64,000 nt of DNA from Paramoeba atlantica. Taxonomy: Eukaryota; Protista; Discosea. Shown piece by piece: positions 1 to 11,594 of this stretch. The position numbers and the translations under genes are program-made. Positions within the stretch are counted from its first letter, which is position 1. Each line of letters opens with the position of its first letter. Below the pieces are notes generated by a model. That model made no database searches, was not told the DNA's origin, and saw only the letters and a program-made list of their open reading frames with translations. The stretch spans positions 150,630 through 214,629 of the forward strand of contig CDRNVI010000046.1 in assembly GCA_977017575.1 (NCBI GenBank). Direction: 5' to 3'.

Positions 1-1408
1 CCGGAAGTTGACGAAACCCAGCCGAGCTGAAAGGAGGTTTGGGCGCTCGAGGCCAGAAATCACAACCTGCGGATAAGACACCAACACGCTTCGCGCAGAC
101 AAGTCCTCATGGCACGTTTCCTGTAGATTTCCGTGAGCGCGAAGATTACTCATCCGGAAGTTGACGAAACCCAGCCGAGCTGAAAGGAGGTTTGGGCGCT
201 CGAGGCCAGAAATCACAACCTGCGGATAAGACACCAACACGCTTCGCGCAGACAAGTCCTCATGGCACGTTTCCCGTAGCTTTCCGTGAGCGCGAAGATT
301 ACTCATCCGGAAGTTGACGAAACCCAGCCGAGCTGAAAGGAGGTTTGGGCGCTCGAGGCCAGAAATCACAACCTGCGGATAAGAAACCAACACGCTTCGC
401 GCAGACAAGTCCTCATGGCACGTTTCCCGTAGCTTTCCGTGAGCGCGAAGATTACTCATCCGGAAGTTGACGAAACCCAGCCGAGCTGAAAGGAGGTTTG
501 GGCGCTCGAGGCCAGAAATCACAACCTGCGGATAAGACACCAACACGCTTCGCGCAGACAAGTCCTCATGGCACGTTTCCCGTAGATTTCCGTGAGCGCG
601 AAGATTACTCATCCGGAAGTTGACGAAACCCAGCCGAGCTGAAAGGAGGTTTGGGCGCTCGAGGCCAGAAATCACAACCTGCGGATAAGACACCAACACG
701 CTTCGCGCAGACAAGTCCTCATGGCACGTTTCCCGTAGCTTTCCGTGAGCGCGAAGATTACTCATCCGGAAGTTGACGAAACCAAGCCGAGCTGAAAGGA
801 GGTTTGGGCGCTCGAGGCCAGAAATCACAACCTGCGGATAAGAAACCAACACGCTTCGCGCAGACAAGTCCTCATGGCACGTTTCCCGTAGCTTTCCGTG
901 AGCGCGAAGATTACTCATCCGGAAGTTGACGAAACCCAGCCGAGCTGAAAGGAGGTTTGGGCGCTCGAGGCCAGAAATCACAACCTGCGGATAAGACACC
1001 AACACGCTTCGCGCAGACAAGTCCTCATGGCACGTTTCCTGTAGCTTTCCGTGAGCGCGAAGATTACTCATCCGGAAGTTGACGAAACCCAGCCGAGCTG
1101 AAAGGAGGTTTGGGCGCTCGAGGCCAGAAATCACAACCTGCGGATAAGACACCAACACGCTTCGCGCAGACAAGTCCTCATGGCACGTTTCCCGTAGCTT
1201 TCCGTGAGCGCGAAGATTACTCATCCGGAAGTTGACGAAACCCAGCCGAGCTGAAAGGAGGTTTGGGCGCTCGAGGCCAGAAATCACAACCTGCGGATAA
1301 GACACCAACACGCTTCGCGCAGACAAGTCCTCATGGCACGTTTCCCGTAGATTTCCGTGAGCGCGAAGATTACTCATCCGGAAGTTGACGAAACCCAGCC
1401 GAGCTGAA
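1..1408. repeat. 153-bp tandem satellite, about 9.2 units, open at the window edge
   Basis: Unit CCGGAAGTTGACG... restarts at 1,154,307,460,...,1378; only a few substitutions between units. Confidence 0.97.
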
Positions 1409-1673
1409 TTTTTTTTTTTTTTTTTTTAACCGCGGATGATGGCACGGAAGATAGCCACCACATGGACTGGGGTAATAAACAGTGGATTTTAAGAAATGTG
1501 ATATAAGCCCCTCGGCTAAATTTCCATGCGTAGACTTCTAGATTTTAACCCATCTAACCTAAATTTATTCATTACTAACAAAGGAAAAACCACTTAGAAA
1601 GCGAGAGCCATCTCACTCTCATCAGAAATAAACTTCTTCAACTGCGAAAAAGTCACAGCTCCGTTGAGTTCAA
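1409..1673 (-). mobile_element. Short chimeric poly(A)-tailed retro-insertion in the 153-bp satellite
   Basis: T19 at 1409-1427; 1428-1470 matches CRE ORF sequence at about 57824-57863; about 1505-1540 matches an LTR-end-like fragment (RC at about 42378-42415); AGCTGAA duplicated at 1402-1408 and 19980-19986. Confidence 0.6.
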
Positions 1674-2208
1674 TATAATAATAATAATAATAACAAAAGA
1701 CTATACACATGCAACTTTCAACGTACACTCTCCTTAGCGCACTGAAACATCTATCCACATCACGAATAGGCCAAACCGCGGATTATGCGAATGGAGGTAG
1801 GAGACCTATCCTCTTTTGCAATTAGGAGAAAACGTGTACAAACGAGCACAAGCAAACCAGAACAATCTTACAATTAGCCATTTTCAGCTCAATATTTCAC
1901 CATCGATATTCAACGCGGTACCAAGGGTTAAGCAGTACGCAAGTTCTTGCCTTCATTGCCGCGTCATATGCCCGAAGAGCAACTCAGCGCCAACTTGTTC
2001 TCTGCTTGCCAAATAAACCACCGTATACTATCAATATTACGTACCCCACTCAGTGTTTTCGATGAGTACGGATATTTAGCAATGAAATATACATAAATGC
2101 TCCAGAATATTATTAACGCGTTGGTAAATAAATGTACCAAGAGGACATAACACTCCTGAAAATAAGCGTTCCAGATTAATGCGCAAAGTTATACACAGCA
2201 AATTTCGA

Positions 2209-5200
2209 TTACATATAGCGGCTTTTCTTCACAAAAATGGGGGCATTCGTCAGTCTACCCCGTGATGTCTTGTACTGAGAAAACGTTACTGGATCCCCGG
2301 TATTAGCTTCTGGGTTGAGTGAACGAGCAATCCTGACTGTGCTGCCTTCTTCTGTATTTTTCAGTTTCCCTTTTTTCATATTCACTTTGTGTGGAGATTT
2401 TTCTTGGAGATCATGCTCCCTTTTTTGACCGTGATTAGATTTGTTTCCCTCCCTTTGCGTGTGAATGACGCATGAAAAACGACGTGCAGCTGTTCTCTGT
2501 GCTTTGCGTGCTATTTCATCAGCTTTTTCATTGAAGGAATTCCCGCAGTGTGCCCGCACTTTAATAACGTAGAGACTACTATCTGTACAACGCTCTTTAA
2601 TTGCTCCTTGTATCTGCGTGAGTAGGTCAGCATTTGGCATGCCACCGTATCCAATGATTGAAAAACGAACCCTAACATTATGATACCAGTCCCATACATA
2701 ATGAGAATCAGTATGTATAACTGTGTTCCTCGTAGAAGACGAAGCTGCCTGAATGCCTAAAAGAAAGGAGCGAAGTTCAGCCCGATCCGGTGAAGTGCAT
2801 TCCGGTGGTAAAACGTGTTGTCTGGTTCTTACACCATTTGAATTAACAATAACTATCCCCGAACCCGCGGCTGGTTTTCCTGCTTCTGAACTGACAGCCC
2901 CATCTACGTATATGTGTTCGGAATCAGCTGAGAGAGGAGAATGGTCCGTGCCTTCTTCAATTCCTTCGAGTACTTTGTAGGTGGTAGTATCTAAGTCCTG
3001 GCATACCTTCTTCCAGGATCTAGAGCCGAAAACCATGTAGGATTTGTGAGATTCAAGATATTCACGCAAAAATTTAACTCTCGACGCCCACCAATCCCGA
3101 TCTCCCGCTAGGACATTGAGATCTTCGACATCTAGTTCCATGTCTTCAGCACATGCCTCTGATAGAGTGGGACGATATTTCTTTCCTGTTGCTTTGCGCC
3201 ATAGCATTACCGATTTGAAGGGATTATTGCCGCGGATCAGGTGTCCTAGCATTTGAACTCGGAGGACTCGACATGCGTTAGAAAGTCGCATTCTGTTCCC
3301 ATATAGTGCATCACATGGTGTACCTCTTGTACCATCCCAAGTACGAACCCCGAGCGCTAGTCTTCTCATTCGGTTCACTTCACAGTCAATTAAATCAGCG
3401 TCTTTTTTTATTAGGGAAAAGTTTCCACAGCCATACAGCAATAAAGGTGAAACCAGAGATTCGAATAAGTGAAATTTTGTGACAAGCGTGAGGCCTGATT
3501 TCCATAATGACTGTAGGCGATGTGTTGCAGCCCACGCTAAGTTAATTCGGTCTTCAAAGTTTACAATGACACCCTTATTAGTAATTTTCAACCCCAAGTA
3601 TCGATATTCGGTGATTCGAGGCACCAACCCCCCATTCGTTAGAATCAAGTCTCCTTGTGCGTCATTCACTTGACCTACTGTCATCCACGCAGTTTTATTT
3701 ACACCAATGTTGAGACGTAAGTTGACTTTCGCAGCTGTTTGTTCCAGTCTTTCCATAACGCGATTCAAATTAGTAAGAGAGGGACATATGAGCACTAAAT
3801 CATCCGCGTATGCTAAATAATTTAGACATTGCGCAGGCTTTCCTTGTCTTTTTGTGCCCGCCCTTCGCAAGATAAGTCCGAACTCATTTTCCTTATACAC
3901 TTCAGCCATGACTCGATCCAGAACCATGAGGAATAGGACAGGGGCCAAAACATCACCTTGAAGTGTGCCACACTGGATCGGAAACGTATCAGTAACTCCG
4001 CTTTTGCATCGTACAACTGCTTCTGTTTTTTCATACATAGACATTATCATGCTGCTGAGATGCTGCGGGATGTGAAAGGCTTCCAGTGCAGCACGAATGG
4101 AGAAAAAGCTGACTGAAGGAAATGCCTGACGGAAATCCACGAAGCCTAGCGCAACACCAGGATTCTCACGAGACGCTTTCTGGCACAACTCAATGAGGGT
4201 TGCTTGTGCTCCCGTTGTTGCTCTATTGGGTCGGAATCCGTATTGACAATCACTTAATTGAGCATCCACTGTAGGAAGAATTCGATTTAGTATCATACGG
4301 TTCATGAGTTTTGCAGCGTGCACTATTAGACATATTGGTCTCCAATTGTTCATGTTGCCTAAGTCGCCTTTTTTCGGAACTGGGACTTGGATAACTCGTT
4401 TCCATGTCTGTGGCGCTCTTCCGCTCTCACGAACCATATTAATTAAATGTAGAAGAATAGATTGTATGAACGGATCGCTGTTCAGTACTCGTAAGGCTTC
4501 AATTGGAATCGAGTCAATGCCTGGTGCTTTACCAGTTGCCATATCTTTAAGAGCAGTCGTCAATTCATTGAGATCAAACGGTCCATCAGATATAGGGATA
4601 AACGACTTTGGCGCTTCCGCAAATTTGATCTTGTTGTCTACCTCCTTTAGTTGCACAGTATTCTGAAAGTGTAATCGCACATTACATAATTGTTCGCTTT
4701 TTGTTTTTCCTGGCGGTCTGAGGCGTGATGAAGTGTGCCCAGTCATCATTTTAACATGTCTCCAAGAAGAACGTTTGTATCTTTGAAAGTTTTGTTGTAG
4801 AGACAGGCATTCTTGAGTGATATTTTCATTCACGGTGATGCTATGTTCTTTTACTAGAGAATCGAACCTCTGCGGACTTTGAGACGTACGGAAAATGTCA
4901 CGGATTCGCAACTGTGTAGTAGTTTCATCGTTTGAAGCAAACATGTTTATGTTTTTCTCCTTCGTTGGTATAGATTCAGCAGCCATGATAATTGCTTTTT
5001 CCAATTTATCCCACAAAATATCACTTGGAAATATCACAGGCATTTCGGTTGACATTTTCTGGTTTGGCTCATTTCGTCTTCTTTTCATCCCAACTATCTC
5101 CGCATGTTCGGTGTAGTTCTCTTTCACACGGCGTATGAAGTCCATACATATTTGTGGATCCTTTAACTGATACCACGGTAATCGCAAGCTACCGTCATTT

Positions 5201-6414
5201 ACTGAAGCTTTCCAACGAAACTTAGTTTTTACTGTTACTATTTGATGTCGAGTCGGCACCGGGGGTTGGAGAACTCTGTGGCCATGTAAGGTAGTGACGA
5301 AACGTTTGTTGACAAGAATATGGTCTAGTTGTTTTACAGTTCCATTTTGAAAAGTATAAGTCCACTTCTTTCTGCTTGGGCAGGATGTATGTGCCGCGCG
5401 AGCCCCAAGCTCAGACAGTAAATTGGTAAGCCGATGTTGTGCCTTATTTTTACGCATTATTCGCTGACACTTATCTGTCAGTGGCGCATTAAGATCCCCC
5501 AGAACAAGTTTTATTTTCGCATTACTAAGATTCCATGCATCACGTAGATCATTGCAAAATTTCTCCTTTACGTCATCTTTTGCCACCGCCGTGGGGGCAT
5601 AAACATTGAATAGCACACCGTGGAATTTTGGTAAGTCTAGAGTAACCTGTTGGATCCGATCACTGATTCGCGACACAAGAGCAGGCTCAAATAGGCTTAG
5701 AATCATGAGTCCACCGTAACCTTTGATAGCGCCTTGAATATAAACATGAAATACGAACTTTCCATGACGAATTGTCTGATGTGCAATGTTTTGAATGATA
5801 TCGGTTTGTACACGAGTTTCCTGAAGGCAACAGAGGGCAAGGCCTCGCTCGACCATGTACGACATAATTTCCCGTAGTCGTGTCGATTTGCGAAGGGAGA
5901 AATAATCAGTTCCCTTTAGTTTCAGGGTAGTGACGTTTAGAGTTGCAAGATGTAGCGTCTTGTTCGTGGCAATGGGGTTAGATTCCTCGACCGCCGGGGA
6001 GCCATTCCGACGGGGAAGTCGGGCAGAACGGTGCTTCCTACATTTCTTCTTACGGGGGGGTGCCACGCGGCCCGCACAGATCGCTACTCGTGGGTCTATA
6101 GGGGGAAAAGGAAACGATACTCCAGGACAACAGTCATAGCGAATACGCCATAGACCATTTTTGGCCCGAAATTTCGCAGTCCCTTGCCACATCTTTAGCC
6201 TTTGAGCAAACGACCAGCGCCAGACCACAGCGACACGAGACCCCGCACGAATCGTGTTGGACATACTGGTTACCGCACGATCACGGAGTTTTGCTACGCC
6301 AACCTTTGACTTTGATGGCCAAAAATTGACGCCCCGACCTAACCTGGACCGACCAATAAGAGCAACCGGGTCAGAACACCGCTTTCTCTCATTGACCGTG
6401 CCGGAGGTATCCAT
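2209..6414 (-). CDS. Non-LTR polyprotein, 1401 aa: APE endonuclease, reverse transcriptase, RNase H (Ingi-like architecture)
   Basis: APE: LATLNVTTL, CLQETR, NVYAP, LGDLNA, LDHILV. RT: KAPGIDSI, WRPICL, QYGFR, DFRQAFPSV, QGDVLAP, YADD, YLG. RH: YVDGA, RAELR, HTDS, KVRAH, NEKAD. Confidence 0.95.
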   Translation of the reverse strand: MDTSGTVNERKRCSDPVALIGRSRLGRGVNFWPSKSKVGVAKLRDRAVTSMSNTIRAGSRVAVVWRWSFAQRLKMWQGTAKFRAKNGLWRIRYDCCPGVSFPFPPIDPRVAICAGRVAPPRKKKCRKHRSARLPRRNGSPAVEESNPIATNKTLHLATLNVTTLKLKGTDYFSLRKSTRLREIMSYMVERGLALCCLQETRVQTDIIQNIAHQTIRHGKFVFHVYIQGAIKGYGGLMILSLFEPALVSRISDRIQQVTLDLPKFHGVLFNVYAPTAVAKDDVKEKFCNDLRDAWNLSNAKIKLVLGDLNAPLTDKCQRIMRKNKAQHRLTNLLSELGARAAHTSCPSRKKWTYTFQNGTVKQLDHILVNKRFVTTLHGHRVLQPPVPTRHQIVTVKTKFRWKASVNDGSLRLPWYQLKDPQICMDFIRRVKENYTEHAEIVGMKRRRNEPNQKMSTEMPVIFPSDILWDKLEKAIIMAAESIPTKEKNINMFASNDETTTQLRIRDIFRTSQSPQRFDSLVKEHSITVNENITQECLSLQQNFQRYKRSSWRHVKMMTGHTSSRLRPPGKTKSEQLCNVRLHFQNTVQLKEVDNKIKFAEAPKSFIPISDGPFDLNELTTALKDMATGKAPGIDSIPIEALRVLNSDPFIQSILLHLINMVRESGRAPQTWKRVIQVPVPKKGDLGNMNNWRPICLIVHAAKLMNRMILNRILPTVDAQLSDCQYGFRPNRATTGAQATLIELCQKASRENPGVALGFVDFRQAFPSVSFFSIRAALEAFHIPQHLSSMIMSMYEKTEAVVRCKSGVTDTFPIQCGTLQGDVLAPVLFLMVLDRVMAEVYKENEFGLILRRAGTKRQGKPAQCLNYLAYADDLVLICPSLTNLNRVMERLEQTAAKVNLRLNIGVNKTAWMTVGQVNDAQGDLILTNGGLVPRITEYRYLGLKITNKGVIVNFEDRINLAWAATHRLQSLWKSGLTLVTKFHLFESLVSPLLLYGCGNFSLIKKDADLIDCEVNRMRRLALGVRTWDGTRGTPCDALYGNRMRLSNACRVLRVQMLGHLIRGNNPFKSVMLWRKATGKKYRPTLSEACAEDMELDVEDLNVLAGDRDWWASRVKFLREYLESHKSYMVFGSRSWKKVCQDLDTTTYKVLEGIEEGTDHSPLSADSEHIYVDGAVSSEAGKPAAGSGIVIVNSNGVRTRQHVLPPECTSPDRAELRSFLLGIQAASSSTRNTVIHTDSHYVWDWYHNVRVRFSIIGYGGMPNADLLTQIQGAIKERCTDSSLYVIKVRAHCGNSFNEKADEIARKAQRTAARRFSCVIHTQREGNKSNHGQKREHDLQEKSPHKVNMKKGKLKNTEEGSTVRIARSLNPEANTGDPVTFSQYKTSRGRLTNAPIFVKKSRYM

Positions 6415-6430
6415 GGCCTTATTATAACGA

Positions 6431-9400
6431 TTACAATAAGGAAAGGTCTTACAATAAGGAAAGGTCTTACAATAAGGAAAGGTCTTACAATAAGGAAAGG
6501 TCTTACAATAAGGAAAGGTCTTACAATAAGGAAAGGTCTTACAATAAGGAAAGGTCTTACAATAAGGAAAGGTCTTACAATAAGGAAAGGTCTTACAATA
6601 AGGAAAGGTCTTACAATAAGGAAAGGTCTTACAATAAGGAAAGGTCTTACAATAAGGAAAGGTCTTACAATAAGGAAAGGTCTTACAATAAGGAAAGGTC
6701 TTACAATAAGGAAAGGTCTTACAATAAGGAAAGGTCTTACAATAAGGAAAGGTCTTACAATAAGGAAAGGTCTTACAATAAGGAAAGGTCTTACAATAAG
6801 GAAAGGTCTTACAATAAGGAAAGGTCTTACAATAAGGAAAGGTCTTACAATAAGGAAAGGTCTTACAATAAGGAAAGGTCTTACAATAAGGAAAGGTCTT
6901 ACAATAAGGAAAGGTCTTACAATAAGGAAAGGTCTTACAATAAGGAAAGGTCTTACAATAAGGAAAGGTCTTACAATAAGGAAAGGTCTTACAATAAGGA
7001 AAGGTCTTACAATAAGGAAAGGTCTTACAATAAGGAAAGGTCTTACAATAAGGAAAGGTCTTACAATAAGGAAAGGTCTTACAATAAGGAAAGGTCTTAC
7101 AATAAGGAAAGGTCTTACAATAAGGAAAGGTCTTACAATAAGGAAAGGTCTTACAATAAGGAAAGGTCTTACAATAAGGAAAGGTCTTACAATAAGGAAA
7201 GGTCTTACAATAAGGAAAGGTCTTACAATAAGGAAAGGTCTTACAATAAGGAAAGGTCTTACAATAAGGAAAGGTCTTACAATAAGGAAAGGTCTTACAA
7301 TAAGGAAAGGTCTTACAATAAGGAAAGGTCTTACAATAAGGAAAGGTCTTACAATAAGGAAAGGTCTTACAATAAGGAAAGGTCTTACAATAAGGAAAGG
7401 TCTTACAATAAGGAAAGGTCTTACAATAAGGAAAGGTCTTACAATAAGGAAAGGTCTTACAATAAGGAAAGGTCTTACAATAAGGAAAGGTCTTACAATA
7501 AGGAAAGGTCTTACAATAAGGAAAGGTCTTACAATAAGGAAAGGTCTTACAATAAGGAAAGGTCTTACAATAAGGAAAGGTCTTACAATAAGGAAAGGTC
7601 TTACAATAAGGAAAGGTCTTACAATAAGGAAAGGTCTTACAATAAGGAAAGGTCTTACAATAAGGAAAGGTCTTACAATAAGGAAAGGTCTTACAATAAG
7701 GAAAGGTCTTACAATAAGGAAAGGTCTTACAATAAGGAAAGGTCTTACAATAAGGAAAGGTCTTACAATAAGGAAAGGTCTTACAATAAGGAAAGGTCTT
7801 ACAATAAGGAAAGGTCTTACAATAAGGAAAGGTCTTACAATAAGGAAAGGTCTTACAATAAGGAAAGGTCTTACAATAAGGAAAGGTCTTACAATAAGGA
7901 AAGGTCTTACAATAAGGAAAGGTCTTACAATAAGGAAAGGTCTTACAATAAGGAAAGGTCTTACAATAAGGAAAGGTCTTACAATAAGGAAAGGTCTTAC
8001 AATAAGGAAAGGTCTTACAATAAGGAAAGGTCTTACAATAAGGAAAGGTCTTACAATAAGGAAAGGTCTTACAATAAGGAAAGGTCTTACAATAAGGAAA
8101 GGTCTTACAATAAGGAAAGGTCTTACAATAAGGAAAGGTCTTACAATAAGGAAAGGTCTTACAATAAGGAAAGGTCTTACAATAAGGAAAGGTCTTACAA
8201 TAAGGAAAGGTCTTACAATAAGGAAAGGTCTTACAATAAGGAAAGGTCTTACAATAAGGAAAGGTCTTACAATAAGGAAAGGTCTTACAATAAGGAAAGG
8301 TCTTACAATAAGGAAAGGTCTTACAATAAGGAAAGGTCTTACAATAAGGAAAGGTCTTACAATAAGGAAAGGTCTTACAATAAGGAAAGGTCTTACAATA
8401 AGGAAAGGTCTTACAATAAGGAAAGGTCTTACAATAAGGAAAGGTCTTACAATAAGGAAAGGTCTTACAATAAGGAAAGGTCTTACAATAAGGAAAGGTC
8501 TTACAATAAGGAAAGGTCTTACAATAAGGAAAGGTCTTACAATAAGGAAAGGTCTTACAATAAGGAAAGGTCTTACAATAAGGAAAGGTCTTACAATAAG
8601 GAAAGGTCTTACAATAAGGAAAGGTCTTACAATAAGGAAAGGTCTTACAATAAGGAAAGGTCTTACAATAAGGAAAGGTCTTACAATAAGGAAAGGTCTT
8701 ACAATAAGGAAAGGTCTTACAATAAGGAAAGGTCTTACAATAAGGAAAGGTCTTACAATAAGGAAAGGTCTTACAATAAGGAAAGGTCTTACAATAAGGA
8801 AAGGTCTTACAATAAGGAAAGGTCTTACAATAAGGAAAGGTCTTACAATAAGGAAAGGTCTTACAATAAGGAAAGGTCTTACAATAAGGAAAGGTCTTAC
8901 AATAAGGAAAGGTCTTACAATAAGGAAAGGTCTTACAATAAGGAAAGGTCTTACAATAAGGAAAGGTCTTACAATAAGGAAAGGTCTTACAATAAGGAAA
9001 GGTCTTACAATAAGGAAAGGTCTTACAATAAGGAAAGGTCTTACAATAAGGAAAGGTCTTACAATAAGGAAAGGTCTTACAATAAGGAAAGGTCTTACAA
9101 TAAGGAAAGGTCTTACAATAAGGAAAGGTCTTACAATAAGGAAAGGTCTTACAATAAGGAAAGGTCTTACAATAAGGAAAGGTCTTACAATAAGGAAAGG
9201 TCTTACAATAAGGAAAGGTCTTACAATAAGGAAAGGTCTTACAATAAGGAAAGGTCTTACAATAAGGAAAGGTCTTACAATAAGGAAAGGTCTTACAATA
9301 AGGAAAGGTCTTACAATAAGGAAAGGTCTTACAATAAGGAAAGGTCTTACAATAAGGAAAGGTCTTACAATAAGGAAAGGTCTTACAATAAGGAAAGGTC

Positions 9401-10739
9401 TTACAATAAGGAAAGGTCTTACAATAAGGAAAGGTCTTACAATAAGGAAAGGTCTTACAATAAGGAAAGGTCTTACAATAAGGAAAGGTCTTACAATAAG
9501 GAAAGGTCTTACAATAAGGAAAGGTCTTACAATAAGGAAAGGTCTTACAATAAGGAAAGGTCTTACAATAAGGAAAGGTCTTACAATAAGGAAAGGTCTT
9601 ACAATAAGGAAAGGTCTTACAATAAGGAAAGGTCTTACAATAAGGAAAGGTCTTACAATAAGGAAAGGTCTTACAATAAGGAAAGGTCTTACAATAAGGA
9701 AAGGTCTTACAATAAGGAAAGGTCTTACAATAAGGAAAGGTCTTACAATAAGGAAAGGTCTTACAATAAGGAAAGGTCTTACAATAAGGAAAGGTCTTAC
9801 AATAAGGAAAGGTCTTACAATAAGGAAAGGTCTTACAATAAGGAAAGGTCTTACAATAAGGAAAGGTCTTACAATAAGGAAAGGTCTTACAATAAGGAAA
9901 GGTCTTACAATAAGGAAAGGTCTTACAATAAGGAAAGGTCTTACAATAAGGAAAGGTCTTACAATAAGGAAAGGTCTTACAATAAGGAAAGGTCTTACAA
10001 TAAGGAAAGGTCTTACAATAAGGAAAGGTCTTACAATAAGGAAAGGTCTTACAATAAGGAAAGGTCTTACAATAAGGAAAGGTCTTACAATAAGGAAAGG
10101 TCTTACAATAAGGAAAGGTCTTACAATAAGGAAAGGTCTTACAATAAGGAAAGGTCTTACAATAAGGAAAGGTCTTACAATAAGGAAAGGTCTTACAATA
10201 AGGAAAGGTCTTACAATAAGGAAAGGTCTTACAATAAGGAAAGGTCTTACAATAAGGAAAGGTCTTACAATAAGGAAAGGTCTTACAATAAGGAAAGGTC
10301 TTACAATAAGGAAAGGTCTTACAATAAGGAAAGGTCTTACAATAAGGAAAGGTCTTACAATAAGGAAAGGTCTTACAATAAGGAAAGGTCTTACAATAAG
10401 GAAAGGTCTTACAATAAGGAAAGGTCTTACAATAAGGAAAGGTCTTACAATAAGGAAAGGTCTTACAATAAGGAAAGGTCTTACAATAAGGAAAGGTCTT
10501 TACAATAAGGAAAGGTCTTACAATAAGGAAAGGTCTTACAATAAGGAAAGGTCTTACAATAAGGAAAGGTCTTACAATAAGGAAAGGTCTTACAATAAGG
10601 AAAGGTCTTACAATAAGGAAAGGTCTTACAATAAGGAAAGGTCTTACAATAAGGAAAGGTCTTACAATAAGGAAAGGTCTTACAATAAGGAAAGGTCTTA
10701 CAATAAGGAAAGGTCTTACAATAAGGAAAGGTCTTACAA
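6431..10739. repeat. 18-bp tandem array (ACAATAAGGAAAGGTCTT)n, left block, about 239 units
   Basis: Near-perfect repeat; one extra T near 10501. Confidence 0.98.
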
Positions 10740-11594
10740 GAATTGCTCATCAGAATATAATTTTAATAAACAAATAATTAATTTGTAATCACTAAATATA
10801 ATTTATCAAATACGAGGCACCCAAATACCTGTGTTTTGAACGTTACTATAAATAAAATTATTTGATGAATATAGTACTAAAGGACGTCCTTATCAAAACA
10901 ATCTTCACCTCTCTCTCTCTTGCGAATGGGTAGTTCCCCGGCGGGGAGTGGTTCGGGGGATGGCGGGTGGGGCAACTTTCCTTTTGCGAAAATAGAGAAA
11001 AGCTACTAGTGTAATAATAAAGTATAGTACTGTATAATTGATAATCTACAAATATACATGGTTCCCCCCAGAGGGGGCAATGTCACACTGAAATCAGATC
11101 ATAATATTAAATATCATGTGCCCCGTAGGGCCACGGTCAGATCTCATACAGAATCAAAAGTATCTTCTTTGATCAATTCTTTCCGTAAACTATAAGAATT
11201 GCTCATCAGAATATAATTTTAATAAACAAATAATTAATTTGTAATCACTAAATATAATTTATCAAATACGAGGCACCCAAATACCTGTGTTTTGAACGTT
11301 ACTATAAATAAAATTATTTGATGAATATAGTACTAAAGGACGTCCTTATCAAAACAATCTTCACCTCTCTCTCTCTTGCGAATGGGTAGTTCCCCGGCGG
11401 GGACCACCCACTCGCCAGTTCTCACAATCACCCACACGCTAGTAATGTGGCGAAACCCCCAGGTCGCCTACTACCTGAGAGCCCCCCTCATCACCTCGTA
11501 CTCTCACTCACACATTGCCCAATCCTCACATCAACATACATCCCATACATATCAAAATCGCTCGAATATCCGTTCTTCCTGGTTATTGATTGTA

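Noticed and set aside
6300-6420. HDV-like (Pr77-type) ribozyme at the Ingi 5' end
   Set aside because: An ACC/GGU stem and a long hairpin are possible, but I could not place P1 3' and P1.1 in the required order; needs an RNArobo/Infernal search
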